The notes under the pieces: model-generated
Told to the model about the DNA's origin: nothing
The model's input: only the letters and a program-made list of their open reading frames with translations
Database searches by the model: none
Assembly (NCBI GenBank): GCA_015233675.1
Contig: JADFXH010000006.1
Coordinates: 1,285-65,284 of the forward strand
Direction of reading: 5' to 3'
Length of the DNA: 64,000 bases
Origin: Candidatus Omnitrophota bacterium
GTDB taxonomy: Bacteria; Omnitrophota; Gorgyraeia; Zapsychrales; Fredricksoniimonadaceae
Shown: positions 9,593 through 18,088 of the stretch, piece by piece
How the letters are laid out: each line of letters begins with the position of its first letter
How positions within the stretch are numbered: the stretch's first letter is position 1
Program-made: the position numbers and the translations under genes

Positions 9593-10674
9593 TTGAGCAA
9601 GCCTTGAGCCGTGAATACGCGGCTGAAATGGATCGTGCCCTCAAGGGCATGAGCGGGCTTAATGACATTAAACCCATGATCCGGGATTTTGAAAAGGAAT
9701 TTGCCCGGTATATCGGAGTAGAGTATGCGGTTGCGGTCAACTCAGGAAGCGATGCCTTAAAAATGGCCTTGCTGGCGGCGGGGGTAGGCCAGAAAGATGA
9801 AGTGATCATCCCGGATTTGACCTATCAGGCCGTAGCCTTGGCCGTATTTTACTGCGGGGCCAAGCCGGTGCCGGTGGATGCAAGGATAGAAGATTTGCAG
9901 ATGGACCCTGACGCGGTCAAGAAAGCCATTACTAAAAAGACAAAGGCGGTCATTGCGGCCCATATGTTTGGCCGGCCGTGTGACGTGGGGCAAATCGGAA
10001 GATTATGCCGGGACAATAATATTTTTTTTATCGAAGATGTTTGTCAGGCTGAAAGTTCCAGTGCCAACGGGCGCATGCTGGGCAGCTTCGGGGACATGGC
10101 GGTATTTTCTTTTTCTTATTATAAGCCGTTATCGTCCTGCGGCGGCGGCGGGGGCATGGTCCTTTTCAACGATGAAGAAGCAAACCGCATCCGCCATTGG
10201 ATGGAAGACTGGCAAAATGATGTCGAGTTAGTCAAGTTAGGGCAACGGTTTGCTCCCTTGTCATTGATGGATCTCATTGCCCTGCGTGTCAAATTTTCTC
10301 ACCTTAAGGAAATAATCAGGTCACGGCTTAAGATCAAGGCCCTTTATGAACAAGGGCTGGGTACGATCAAGGGATTGGCTATTTTTAAGGACCGTCCGCA
10401 AACAGAAAGCGTCGCGCAGAATTTTGTTGTTTGTTGCCAACAGAGAGATCAAATGGTCGATTTTTTGAAGGTTCATGGAATAATGGTCCAGAGGCCTTAT
10501 TTGCCGCTTCATCAGACGGCATCATTTAAAGGGACCAAAAAAGAAAAATTTCCTGTTAGCCGCTGGTATTCTGCCAGCGCGTTGCACCTTCCTTTGCATT
10601 CGTTTATGAGTGAGGAAAAAGCAAAGGATGTCGTTAAATGTTGCCGCTCTTTTTTGAGAGAAAATATTTTATGA
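9562..10674 (+). CDS. DegT/DnrJ/EryC1/StrS-family PLP-dependent aminotransferase
   Basis: VNSGSDALKMALLAAGVGQKDEVIIPDLTYQA and FSFSYYKPLSS (PLP-lysine region) are typical of sugar aminotransferases of this family. Confidence 0.8.
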   Translation: MAAIRYESILVEQALSREYAAEMDRALKGMSGLNDIKPMIRDFEKEFARYIGVEYAVAVNSGSDALKMALLAAGVGQKDEVIIPDLTYQAVALAVFYCGAKPVPVDARIEDLQMDPDAVKKAITKKTKAVIAAHMFGRPCDVGQIGRLCRDNNIFFIEDVCQAESSSANGRMLGSFGDMAVFSFSYYKPLSSCGGGGGMVLFNDEEANRIRHWMEDWQNDVELVKLGQRFAPLSLMDLIALRVKFSHLKEIIRSRLKIKALYEQGLGTIKGLAIFKDRPQTESVAQNFVVCCQQRDQMVDFLKVHGIMVQRPYLPLHQTASFKGTKKEKFPVSRWYSASALHLPLHSFMSEEKAKDVVKCCRSFLRENIL

Positions 10675-11636
10675 TTATTGATGCCAAGGAATTAAAACGA
10701 CGGTATTTACAGCGGATCGCCGGAGCACGTGACAGGCAGGTTTACATTGGGCCCGAGATAGTGGCGTTGAATACCACTAATTCATGCAACCTTAGATGCC
10801 TGCATTGTTGGACCCATTCTCCCCGGAATCCGGCTCATTTGAAGAAAACCTACTTCTTTCCATGGAAAAAATTCCTTGGGATTGTGGGAGACTGTGTCGA
10901 TTTGAATGTTGACCAGATCCACATCGTGGGATCAGGAGAACCGACGATGCATCCGTTGTTTCGGGACATGATGCGGCATTTGGAACAGCAGCCGTTAAAG
11001 GTGAAAGTATTCACGAATGGGGCGTTTCCATTGGACTATTGTTTGGATGTGATCAAGGCGGACCATGTGCTGATTGATATTAGCGCGGCGGACCGTCAAC
11101 AGTATCGTGAGGTGCATGGGAAAGACTTTTTTGACCGTGTTGTGAATAACATTAAGCGTCTCGTTTCCTTGCGGGATACCCGCAAGCCCGGGTTCATCAT
11201 TGAGGTTGCGTATATTGTCAATGCCATTAATATCAGTCAAAAACAAAAGATGCAGGATCTGGTGTCCAAACTAGGTATCAATAGGATTTCTTTTGAAAGA
11301 ATGAATTTGCATGATTATAACCAGGAAGTTGCTTTGCCCGAGGGGCCTATAGCAGATTTAGAAGGTGAGGAAGAAAAAACTCCCCCTATATGTTTGAACG
11401 GTTGGTTTTATATGTTGGCCAGAGATGGGCACATCAGTACTTGTTGCCGGACATACCAGCTGCCCCTGGGGGATTTGTCTTTTAAGCAGCATTGGCTTTC
11501 GCCGCAAATAATGAGCATGCGTCTTTTGGGGAAATACGGCCGTATGCAAAAGATGTTCAAGGCCTGTCAAACCTGTGTTTATTATGACGAGAATATCCAG
11601 CGCTCGAAGGATTTAGCCAAGGCCAAAAGAAAATGA
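10671..11636 (+). CDS. Radical SAM enzyme with SPASM/twitch-like C-terminal Cys cluster
   Basis: LNTTNSCNLRCLHCW (CxxxCxxC), GSGEPTM. C-terminal C-x16-CC ... CQTC. ATG 10671 overlaps the upstream stop (ATGA); ORF-track start 10638 is the alternative. Confidence 0.75.
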   Translation: MIIDAKELKRRYLQRIAGARDRQVYIGPEIVALNTTNSCNLRCLHCWTHSPRNPAHLKKTYFFPWKKFLGIVGDCVDLNVDQIHIVGSGEPTMHPLFRDMMRHLEQQPLKVKVFTNGAFPLDYCLDVIKADHVLIDISAADRQQYREVHGKDFFDRVVNNIKRLVSLRDTRKPGFIIEVAYIVNAINISQKQKMQDLVSKLGINRISFERMNLHDYNQEVALPEGPIADLEGEEEKTPPICLNGWFYMLARDGHISTCCRTYQLPLGDLSFKQHWLSPQIMSMRLLGKYGRMQKMFKACQTCVYYDENIQRSKDLAKAKRK

Positions 11637-12619
11637 ATAAGTCCCTGCTTCATGATATCACCATTGAAATAACCAATCACTGTCAGCTGCACTGCCGGCA
11701 TTGCGGGATATGGGCGGAAAAAGAGCGGCATGAGATGAGCTCCTCTATGGTGGCCCGGATGATGCGGGAATTGTTGGGGCGTTATAGGATTAATTTTGTA
11801 TCTATTACCGGCGGAGAGCCTTTTTTAAATAGAGATTGTGGCCGCATGTTAAAAACAATGTTATTTTTTCGTGAGCAAAGAAAGATCAAGGGATTTGGTG
11901 TGTACAGCAATGGGGCTTGTTTTGAAGGGGTCAGGCGTATTTTGTTGTCTCAAGCTGCGTCCTTGCACGGGATGCATATGGGTATCAGTATTGACGGCGG
12001 GCAAGAAACGCATGATTATCTACGTGGGGCAGGGGCCTACCGGAAAACCTTAAAAACTATTGAATGGATTGCAGAAAAATTTGGTAAAGATATTATTTTG
12101 GAATTTAAATTTACTATCAACAGGGTCAATTATGCCGAGTTAGGCGATGTCTATCGGCTGGCCCGGCGTTTTAAAGCACGGTTTACCCCTAAAATCATGG
12201 AATCCGGCGTATCCGGCTATTATCACCGCCGCCAGATGCCCCACACCGATAAATTGGCGATGCTGACGGCAGAGATGATAAAAAATGTTCACGGTCAGGT
12301 TATCCGTATGTTAAATGATGGATACCCGGGAGTGGACAGAGAATTAGTTGAGGCCATGATGATTTTATTGGCCGGCGGCAGAAAATGCATTCGCGCTTGT
12401 GCTACGCCGGCAAACTCTCTTTTTGTCAACTCGCTTTGTCATGTTTATCCCTGCCTTTATTTGTCTCCGGCAGGGAAAGTGGGCATGCACGGAGAATTAC
12501 CGCAAGATTTAGACCGCGTGAGGCAGAAACATGCGGATGACGCGGCAGGAGGCCGCTGTCCGGGTTGTTTTGCCTATCATGGGTTCTTGAAGAAATTTAA
12601 CTTGCAGTATCTTGCGTGA
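11633..12619 (+). CDS. Radical SAM/SPASM-domain-like enzyme
   Basis: IEITNHCQLHCRHCGIW, TGGEPFL. C-terminal CIRAC ... C-x4-C ... CPGC. ATGA overlap with the upstream stop. Confidence 0.8.
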   Translation: MNKSLLHDITIEITNHCQLHCRHCGIWAEKERHEMSSSMVARMMRELLGRYRINFVSITGGEPFLNRDCGRMLKTMLFFREQRKIKGFGVYSNGACFEGVRRILLSQAASLHGMHMGISIDGGQETHDYLRGAGAYRKTLKTIEWIAEKFGKDIILEFKFTINRVNYAELGDVYRLARRFKARFTPKIMESGVSGYYHRRQMPHTDKLAMLTAEMIKNVHGQVIRMLNDGYPGVDRELVEAMMILLAGGRKCIRACATPANSLFVNSLCHVYPCLYLSPAGKVGMHGELPQDLDRVRQKHADDAAGGRCPGCFAYHGFLKKFNLQYLA

Positions 12620-13796
12620 TAAAACGTGCGGCGACATCAGCTCCGTTAAACCAGTCATGTGGAGCAGGGGCAGGGGGGGGGGAGGCCATTTGTTTTTTGA
12701 TTGCATCCGCGAGACAACCCGCTGTCATGGTGTTGTAATCAAGGATGATGCTGGAAAATCGCTTCTCAAGCAGCCGGGCCCGGGCGACTTGGTCATTGGT
12801 TGACGTTTGGGAAAGGCTGTTTTGATAAGGAATGATGACCGAGCGCGTGCCATAGTGCATGAGTTGGACGGATGTATTGTAGCCGCATAGGCTGACGGAA
12901 ACGCGGCAAGTACGTAAGTGATCATCAAGATTGGCAAGGTGCCTGACTAAAAGAACACGCGGCTTGTCCGCAGGTTTAAGGCAGGACTGGAACAGCGTCA
13001 TTTCTGCAAGGGAGCTGGCAGGACCGCAGGCGATGATGGTACGGATTTTGCCGTTGATTTGGCGCTGAGCCTCAATGGCCAGAGTAATTAGTTTTGGGCT
13101 TACGGCGCCTCCTCCCCGGCTGATGACAATAGTGGACGTGGTGTTTTTTTCCAAGGGCAATAGGGTACCGCCGGTGGTCATATTTTCCGGAAAAATATAG
13201 CCGGTATAGATAATTCTTTTTTTTAATTTTTTCATTATTGCAGCGTATGATCGGGATAGATACGGGACTTGAATTGTTTTTTGGATATATGATGTTTCAA
13301 GCCCGTCTGGCGTATGGATCAGGAAGGTGTCATAGAAGGCAAACAGGGCTCGATGTAAGGCCGCGAATTTTTGATCTTGAAGCCGGTCTAAGTCGATGAG
13401 CAAAGGATATCCTATGCTGGCAATAATGCGTGTGCCTTTTTTGCGCAGATAGCGCAGGGTGGGCAACAGTTCCGGTGTATATGCCAGCCTTCCGAAAGGG
13501 AAGAATTCTGTGATCAAAACATCCGGACAGAAGTCAGCTGCCGCTTTGAGGATGAATTGGGCGCGTTTAGCGACAGATACAGGGACGGCGCGTGATTGAA
13601 AACTGGTACGGGTGTCAAAAGGTAGCGGGATATCCAGAAGCTTGCAGTCCTTGGGAAAACGGATAAAAGGCTGGGGCACACCGCCCTGAAGGACAAGGAC
13701 TTCTGCTTTATGACGGCAAAGAGCTGTTGCAAGGGCGATGCTTCTGGTGGTATGCCCCAGGGTTTCTTTATGGGTGTAATGGAATAAGATGCGCAT
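12597..13796 (-). CDS. GT-B fold glycosyltransferase (MurG/GT28-like, COG4671-like)
   Basis: N-terminus MRILFHYTHKETLGHTTRSIALATAL (GLGH-type motif), mid-protein ISRGGGAVS. It is the only minus-strand gene inside the plus-strand cluster, with a 23-nt convergent overlap with 11633..12619. Confidence 0.6.
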   Translation of the reverse strand: MRILFHYTHKETLGHTTRSIALATALCRHKAEVLVLQGGVPQPFIRFPKDCKLLDIPLPFDTRTSFQSRAVPVSVAKRAQFILKAAADFCPDVLITEFFPFGRLAYTPELLPTLRYLRKKGTRIIASIGYPLLIDLDRLQDQKFAALHRALFAFYDTFLIHTPDGLETSYIQKTIQVPYLSRSYAAIMKKLKKRIIYTGYIFPENMTTGGTLLPLEKNTTSTIVISRGGGAVSPKLITLAIEAQRQINGKIRTIIACGPASSLAEMTLFQSCLKPADKPRVLLVRHLANLDDHLRTCRVSVSLCGYNTSVQLMHYGTRSVIIPYQNSLSQTSTNDQVARARLLEKRFSSIILDYNTMTAGCLADAIKKQMASPPPAPAPHDWFNGADVAARFITQDTAS

Positions 13797-13829
13797 TATG
13801 GGATAGACAATAGTATACTAAAAAATATA

Positions 13830-14561
13830 ATGGGTGCACGCCTTTTTATTAGAAATGATGATGTCTGGACGCTGGATCGCGAATTTTGTTTCTTTTTTGA
13901 TTTAGCCCGTGATCTCGGCATACCAGTCGTTTATGCTGTTATCCCGGGGAAGATGGATCAGGGGCTGGTTAGGTTCCTCTGCCGCGCCAGGGAAAAAACG
14001 CCGCAATTGCTGGATATTGTCCAACATGGGTGGATGCATACGAATTATTCCGTTGATGCCGGTACAAAATACGAATTCGGGGCATTGCGGGCTGTGAAGT
14101 CCCAGCGTGAGGATATTAAGCAGGGGCAAAAAAAGATGCGACTGGCATTCGGGGATCATTTTATCCCTGCGTTCGTCCCGCCGTATCATGGGTATGACCA
14201 ACGTACATTAAGGGTGCTTCACGAAGAGGGTTTTCAAATTTTTTCAGCTGGGGATTACCTCCGGGAGATAAAGAGCCGTTTCATAGAAATGCCGGCACAG
14301 ATTTCCTTTAGCCGGTATGAGCAAGGCCAGAAAATTATCCGAAATGCCAGTGATGTGGTAGGCCCTCTCGTTAGAGGCATTCACCGCCGGCCATTATCAG
14401 GTGTTGTGACGCATCATGCGGATTTTGTAACCAATGCATCCCATAAGGAACTAATGCGTTTTTTTCAATGTATTTCGGCATTAGAAGTTAAAGAGGGATG
14501 GAGGATGCTGTTGTTTTCAGATATTTTATCAACATTAAAGGGATTTAAAGGACGATCATGA
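13830..14561 (+). CDS. Carbohydrate deacetylase-like protein (YdjC / polysaccharide-deacetylase-like; weak)
   Basis: LFIRNDDV near the N-terminus and VQHGWMH resemble the metal-binding motifs of YdjC/DUF2334-type deacetylases. The assignment is tentative. Confidence 0.4.
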   Translation: MGARLFIRNDDVWTLDREFCFFFDLARDLGIPVVYAVIPGKMDQGLVRFLCRAREKTPQLLDIVQHGWMHTNYSVDAGTKYEFGALRAVKSQREDIKQGQKKMRLAFGDHFIPAFVPPYHGYDQRTLRVLHEEGFQIFSAGDYLREIKSRFIEMPAQISFSRYEQGQKIIRNASDVVGPLVRGIHRRPLSGVVTHHADFVTNASHKELMRFFQCISALEVKEGWRMLLFSDILSTLKGFKGRS

Positions 14562-15712
14562 CAAAAAGCGCCATGTCAAGAATAACTGATCCGGGCATCA
14601 GGGATGCATTGCGTTTGAAAAGCGCTGTGCTTGGCAGGCCTTTGATCGGTCCTAAGTCCGTGAATATCCACATCATTAATTCATGCAACCGTCAATGTGA
14701 GTTTTGCTGGTATTTTTCTCCGCTGGTTAAAGCGCAACCGAAACGAATGATGCTTGATTATAAGGTGCTTAAGGGGGTGCTGGAAGATTGCCAGGAAATG
14801 GGCGTCGATGAGATTAATTTTGAGGGAGGGGAAGTTACCCTTTATCCTTTTTGGGTGGATGCGTTTCGAAAGGTCAAGGAGCTGGGGATGCGGTTAGTTG
14901 CCTACAGCCATCTGGATTACGGTGCAGACCATTTGCCAGGGTTGTGTTACGCCGACCGTTTAACAGTGAATTTTTCAGCCGTTACGCAAGGGTCATTTAA
15001 ATGCGTCCACGGCAAGAAATCATCCATGAACAGGGTGTTAAATAATATAGACCGCCTCAGGGTCATAAGGGATAAACGCGGCAAGCCTAAGATCGTGCTT
15101 TCCTTTGTCGTCTATAAGCATAATTACCGGGAATTGGGCGGTTTTCTGGATATGGCCCATGAACGAGGGGTTGATGAGATTGTGGTCCGTTTCTTTAAGG
15201 CGACCCAAGAGATGCGGGACCTGTTTTTTTCAAAGGATGAACTAGGCTCGCTGCGCCAGACCGTTGAGACAGCATGGCAAAGGCCGTTTAAGTTTAAGCA
15301 CGACCTTAAAAAGTTGTATGATCTTATTTCCGACGGGAAAATGTTCAACAATGTTGTTCCCATGCCGCGATCACCGTTAAACAATGATCGGCTTTTATTT
15401 TATGATTCGACGGGCGGGAGCATTAATTGTCATATAGGGTGGTTCTATAGCAATATTGATGAGCAGGGTCGGGTTGTGGTTCCCTGTGATAATGTCGGCG
15501 TGTGTGTGGCCGGAAATGTCAACGAGCGCCGTCTTAAGGACATATGGTTCGATAATGATTATTTGCATGATACGCTGCGGGAAGCGGGGCAGGGGATCCA
15601 CACGGGTTCGCCTAAGTGGCAGGAATGCCGGTATTGCCGTAATGTTTTGGTGAATAAAATGCTTGATGAAAAAATCCGCTTGGGAACGCACAAGCAGCAT
15701 CGGAGGGCATGA
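14558..15712 (+). CDS. Radical SAM enzyme with SPASM/twitch-like C-terminal Cys cluster
   Basis: HIINSCNRQCEFCWYF (CxxxCxxC), EGGEVTL. C-terminal C-x18-C-x5-C ... CRYC. ATGA overlap with the upstream stop. Confidence 0.75.
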   Translation: MTKSAMSRITDPGIRDALRLKSAVLGRPLIGPKSVNIHIINSCNRQCEFCWYFSPLVKAQPKRMMLDYKVLKGVLEDCQEMGVDEINFEGGEVTLYPFWVDAFRKVKELGMRLVAYSHLDYGADHLPGLCYADRLTVNFSAVTQGSFKCVHGKKSSMNRVLNNIDRLRVIRDKRGKPKIVLSFVVYKHNYRELGGFLDMAHERGVDEIVVRFFKATQEMRDLFFSKDELGSLRQTVETAWQRPFKFKHDLKKLYDLISDGKMFNNVVPMPRSPLNNDRLLFYDSTGGSINCHIGWFYSNIDEQGRVVVPCDNVGVCVAGNVNERRLKDIWFDNDYLHDTLREAGQGIHTGSPKWQECRYCRNVLVNKMLDEKIRLGTHKQHRRA

Positions 15713-16701
15713 TGGATGCTTATGTTTATACAGGGACCGGACATGAAATTGATCAGAAGGCCGCCTGGGATTACGTCCGTGACGGGTATCTGCTGTCCCC
15801 AAGAACAATCCTAAAAGGACGCAAGAAATTGCCGCAGCCTGTATTACCGGGTATTTCAGTCGATTCAAGCCAGCTTTCTTTTATTACACAGCAAACCCTT
15901 GAGGCGGCAATGGGGAACGTAGCCAGGTCACCCCGAGCCGTCATGTTTAGCGGTGGGTTTGATTCCATGTTGATAGCGTGTTTGGCAAAGCGTTGCGGAG
16001 CGCAGGTGACTGCAGTGACTGTTCAATTTGATGATTTTAACCCTCTAACAGTGGCGGGGGCCGCCCAGTTTGCTAATAAAGCGGGGATCCCTCATCATAT
16101 CCTTAATGTAAAAGCGGTGGAATTTTTGTCTGCTTTTGAAACGCTTGCGGGGATAACAGATGAGCCTCTGCTGGATTTGGACTTAGGGGTAGTCTATGCT
16201 GCTTTAAAGAAATATGACCATGGGACCGCAGGGGATGTGTTTATTTCGGGGATGGGAAGTGACCAGTGGTTTGGCAATTTAGCTTTGGAAGCGAGGCCCG
16301 GTGGTTTTGCGGCGCGCTTGGATTGGAGCATGGTTGATGAACAGGCGCATCAGCGAGTGGCAGGGCTTCTTGGGTGCAGGTTTGTCTTTCCGTTTTTATC
16401 AGGGACCATGCTGGCATTGTCGCAATCAGTCCCCGCGGTTATGAAGAAAGATAAGAAGCTGTTGCGTACCCTGGCCGCAGCCAATACAATTCCGCATCGG
16501 GGGGCCAGAAGTGAAGTGCAAATCCTCCCATTGATGCGGCGCGCTTTAATTAAAAAATACGGTGACAGAGCGTGGCCTTGTCCGGTATCGCTTCAAGGCA
16601 GGCACCATAGCGAAATGGACCGGGCGTTGCGGCAGATCATTCTTGGCCTTTGGTTGGAGAAAGCGCAAGGCAGAATAGCTTCAATCGGGCAGATCCGGTA
16701 G
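15709..16701 (+). CDS. Asparagine-synthetase-like PP-loop ATP pyrophosphatase (no glutaminase domain)
   Basis: AVMFSGGFDSMLIACLA (SGGxDS PP-loop) and ISGMGSDQWFGN (compare the AsnB GEGADELFGGY motif). At 330 aa it lacks the N-terminal Ntn glutaminase domain. ATGA overlap. Confidence 0.7.
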   Translation: MMDAYVYTGTGHEIDQKAAWDYVRDGYLLSPRTILKGRKKLPQPVLPGISVDSSQLSFITQQTLEAAMGNVARSPRAVMFSGGFDSMLIACLAKRCGAQVTAVTVQFDDFNPLTVAGAAQFANKAGIPHHILNVKAVEFLSAFETLAGITDEPLLDLDLGVVYAALKKYDHGTAGDVFISGMGSDQWFGNLALEARPGGFAARLDWSMVDEQAHQRVAGLLGCRFVFPFLSGTMLALSQSVPAVMKKDKKLLRTLAAANTIPHRGARSEVQILPLMRRALIKKYGDRAWPCPVSLQGRHHSEMDRALRQIILGLWLEKAQGRIASIGQIR

Positions 16702-16714
16702 GGGGCCATTGGTA

Positions 16715-18088
16715 TTACTGTACGGGAATTAATTCGTAGGGTTTGAATCGGCGCCGGAGGGTATTTGCGATGATGCCAAGCTTGCGAAGGAATTCTTGCG
16801 AGTAATACTTGGAGGTAAAATCATCAATATTATAGCCGTTCATCCACTGCGCATCATTAATTAACCCCCTGGCCCTGACTTTGTCATAAATGCCTGATCC
16901 CGAGTACATATGAAATATATTTGGATTGCAAAAAACACCTTTGCGCAGCCGATAAATACGGCCCATGGTTTCTTTGAGAGTGCTATCGGTTTCGCCGGGG
17001 AATCCTAAGATGAGCTCGCATTTTATTTCGATCCCAAGCCCTTGGGCATAATTGACCATTTCGAGCGCCTGGGCGCCGTCATAGTTTTTGTTCATCAATT
17101 TAAGTATCCGGTTGGAAAATGATTCAATGCCAAAATCAATGCGGCGACAGCCCGCCGCATGCATCGTTCTTAAAAGTTCTTTATCCACACGGTCAACTCT
17201 TGTATCACAACACCATTCGATTTTTAAGTCCCCCCGGTGAAGCTTTTCACAAAAAAGCAATACCCGTTTTCTGTCAATTGAAAAAGTAAGCTCATCGAGA
17301 GCGAAGCTGCTCACATGATACTCTTTTTGGCACCGACGGATGTCTTCAATGATCCGTTTTATGCTTTTAACCCTGTAGCAATGTTTCCAAAAAGGCCCAC
17401 TGGAACAATACGTGCAATTATAACAGCAGCCTCGTCCCGTATGCAGCGGCCACCACTTGTTCGTGTAGTCAAATTTTCTGGCAATATTCTTCCCCAATAA
17501 ATGATAGGACAAATTAGGTAATTGATCACAATCAAGAACCGAAGGCCGATCCAAAGAGCTCGTCACAGCACCATGCGTTCGGAAAGTTATCCCTTTTATC
17601 CCCGTGTTCAGGGCAGGAAGGTTAGCCAATGTTTCTGCAAGGGTCTCTTCCCCCTCTCCGCGTACGACAATATCAACCTGAGGAAATTTTTCCAGGATGT
17701 CCCGGTGATAGAGCGTTGCATGGACGCCGCCTAAAATAACATAGATGCCTTGGTCCATTTTTTTAATCAGATCGGCCAGGGTGATGCAGCTTTGCAGGTT
17801 GGTGCAATCACATGTCATGCCGAGGGCCGCAGTTTTGTTTTTCTTTATCAACGACAGGATTTCGGAAACACTATACGGGAATTCCTGATAAATGCCGCTT
17901 TTTAGGCCTTTATGTTCCAAAAAAGAAGCCAATAATAATTGGGTCATCGGGAAAGGGTTGCTTTTCCAGCCATTTATCAGTGATGAGGGAGGCCAGGTTA
18001 ATAAGATCGAGGGCTTGATTTTTTTGGGCATTTTTAAGAAAATTCTTGAGATGTTTAAAATACTAGCATAGCCGCTATTACAAGTCAC
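16715..18088 (-). CDS. Radical SAM enzyme with N-terminal cobalamin-binding-like domain
   Basis: HTGRGCCYNCTYCSS (CxxxCxxC) about 210 aa in, after a Rossmann-like region (VILGGVHATL). GFPGETD motif. Paralogue of the truncated gene at 2..625. Confidence 0.8.
   Translation of the reverse strand: MTCNSGYASILNISRIFLKMPKKIKPSILLTWPPSSLINGWKSNPFPMTQLLLASFLEHKGLKSGIYQEFPYSVSEILSLIKKNKTAALGMTCDCTNLQSCITLADLIKKMDQGIYVILGGVHATLYHRDILEKFPQVDIVVRGEGEETLAETLANLPALNTGIKGITFRTHGAVTSSLDRPSVLDCDQLPNLSYHLLGKNIARKFDYTNKWWPLHTGRGCCYNCTYCSSGPFWKHCYRVKSIKRIIEDIRRCQKEYHVSSFALDELTFSIDRKRVLLFCEKLHRGDLKIEWCCDTRVDRVDKELLRTMHAAGCRRIDFGIESFSNRILKLMNKNYDGAQALEMVNYAQGLGIEIKCELILGFPGETDSTLKETMGRIYRLRKGVFCNPNIFHMYSGSGIYDKVRARGLINDAQWMNGYNIDDFTSKYYSQEFLRKLGIIANTLRRRFKPYELIPVQ

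Noticed and set aside
12597-16701. AsnB-like gene plus rSAMs as a lasso-peptide or other RiPP cluster with a hidden precursor
   Set aside because: There is no room for a small precursor ORF between the tightly packed genes, and no B-type protease or RRE-like gene was recognised. The RiPP idea survives only in the form that the 342-aa Cys-rich protein is the substrate.
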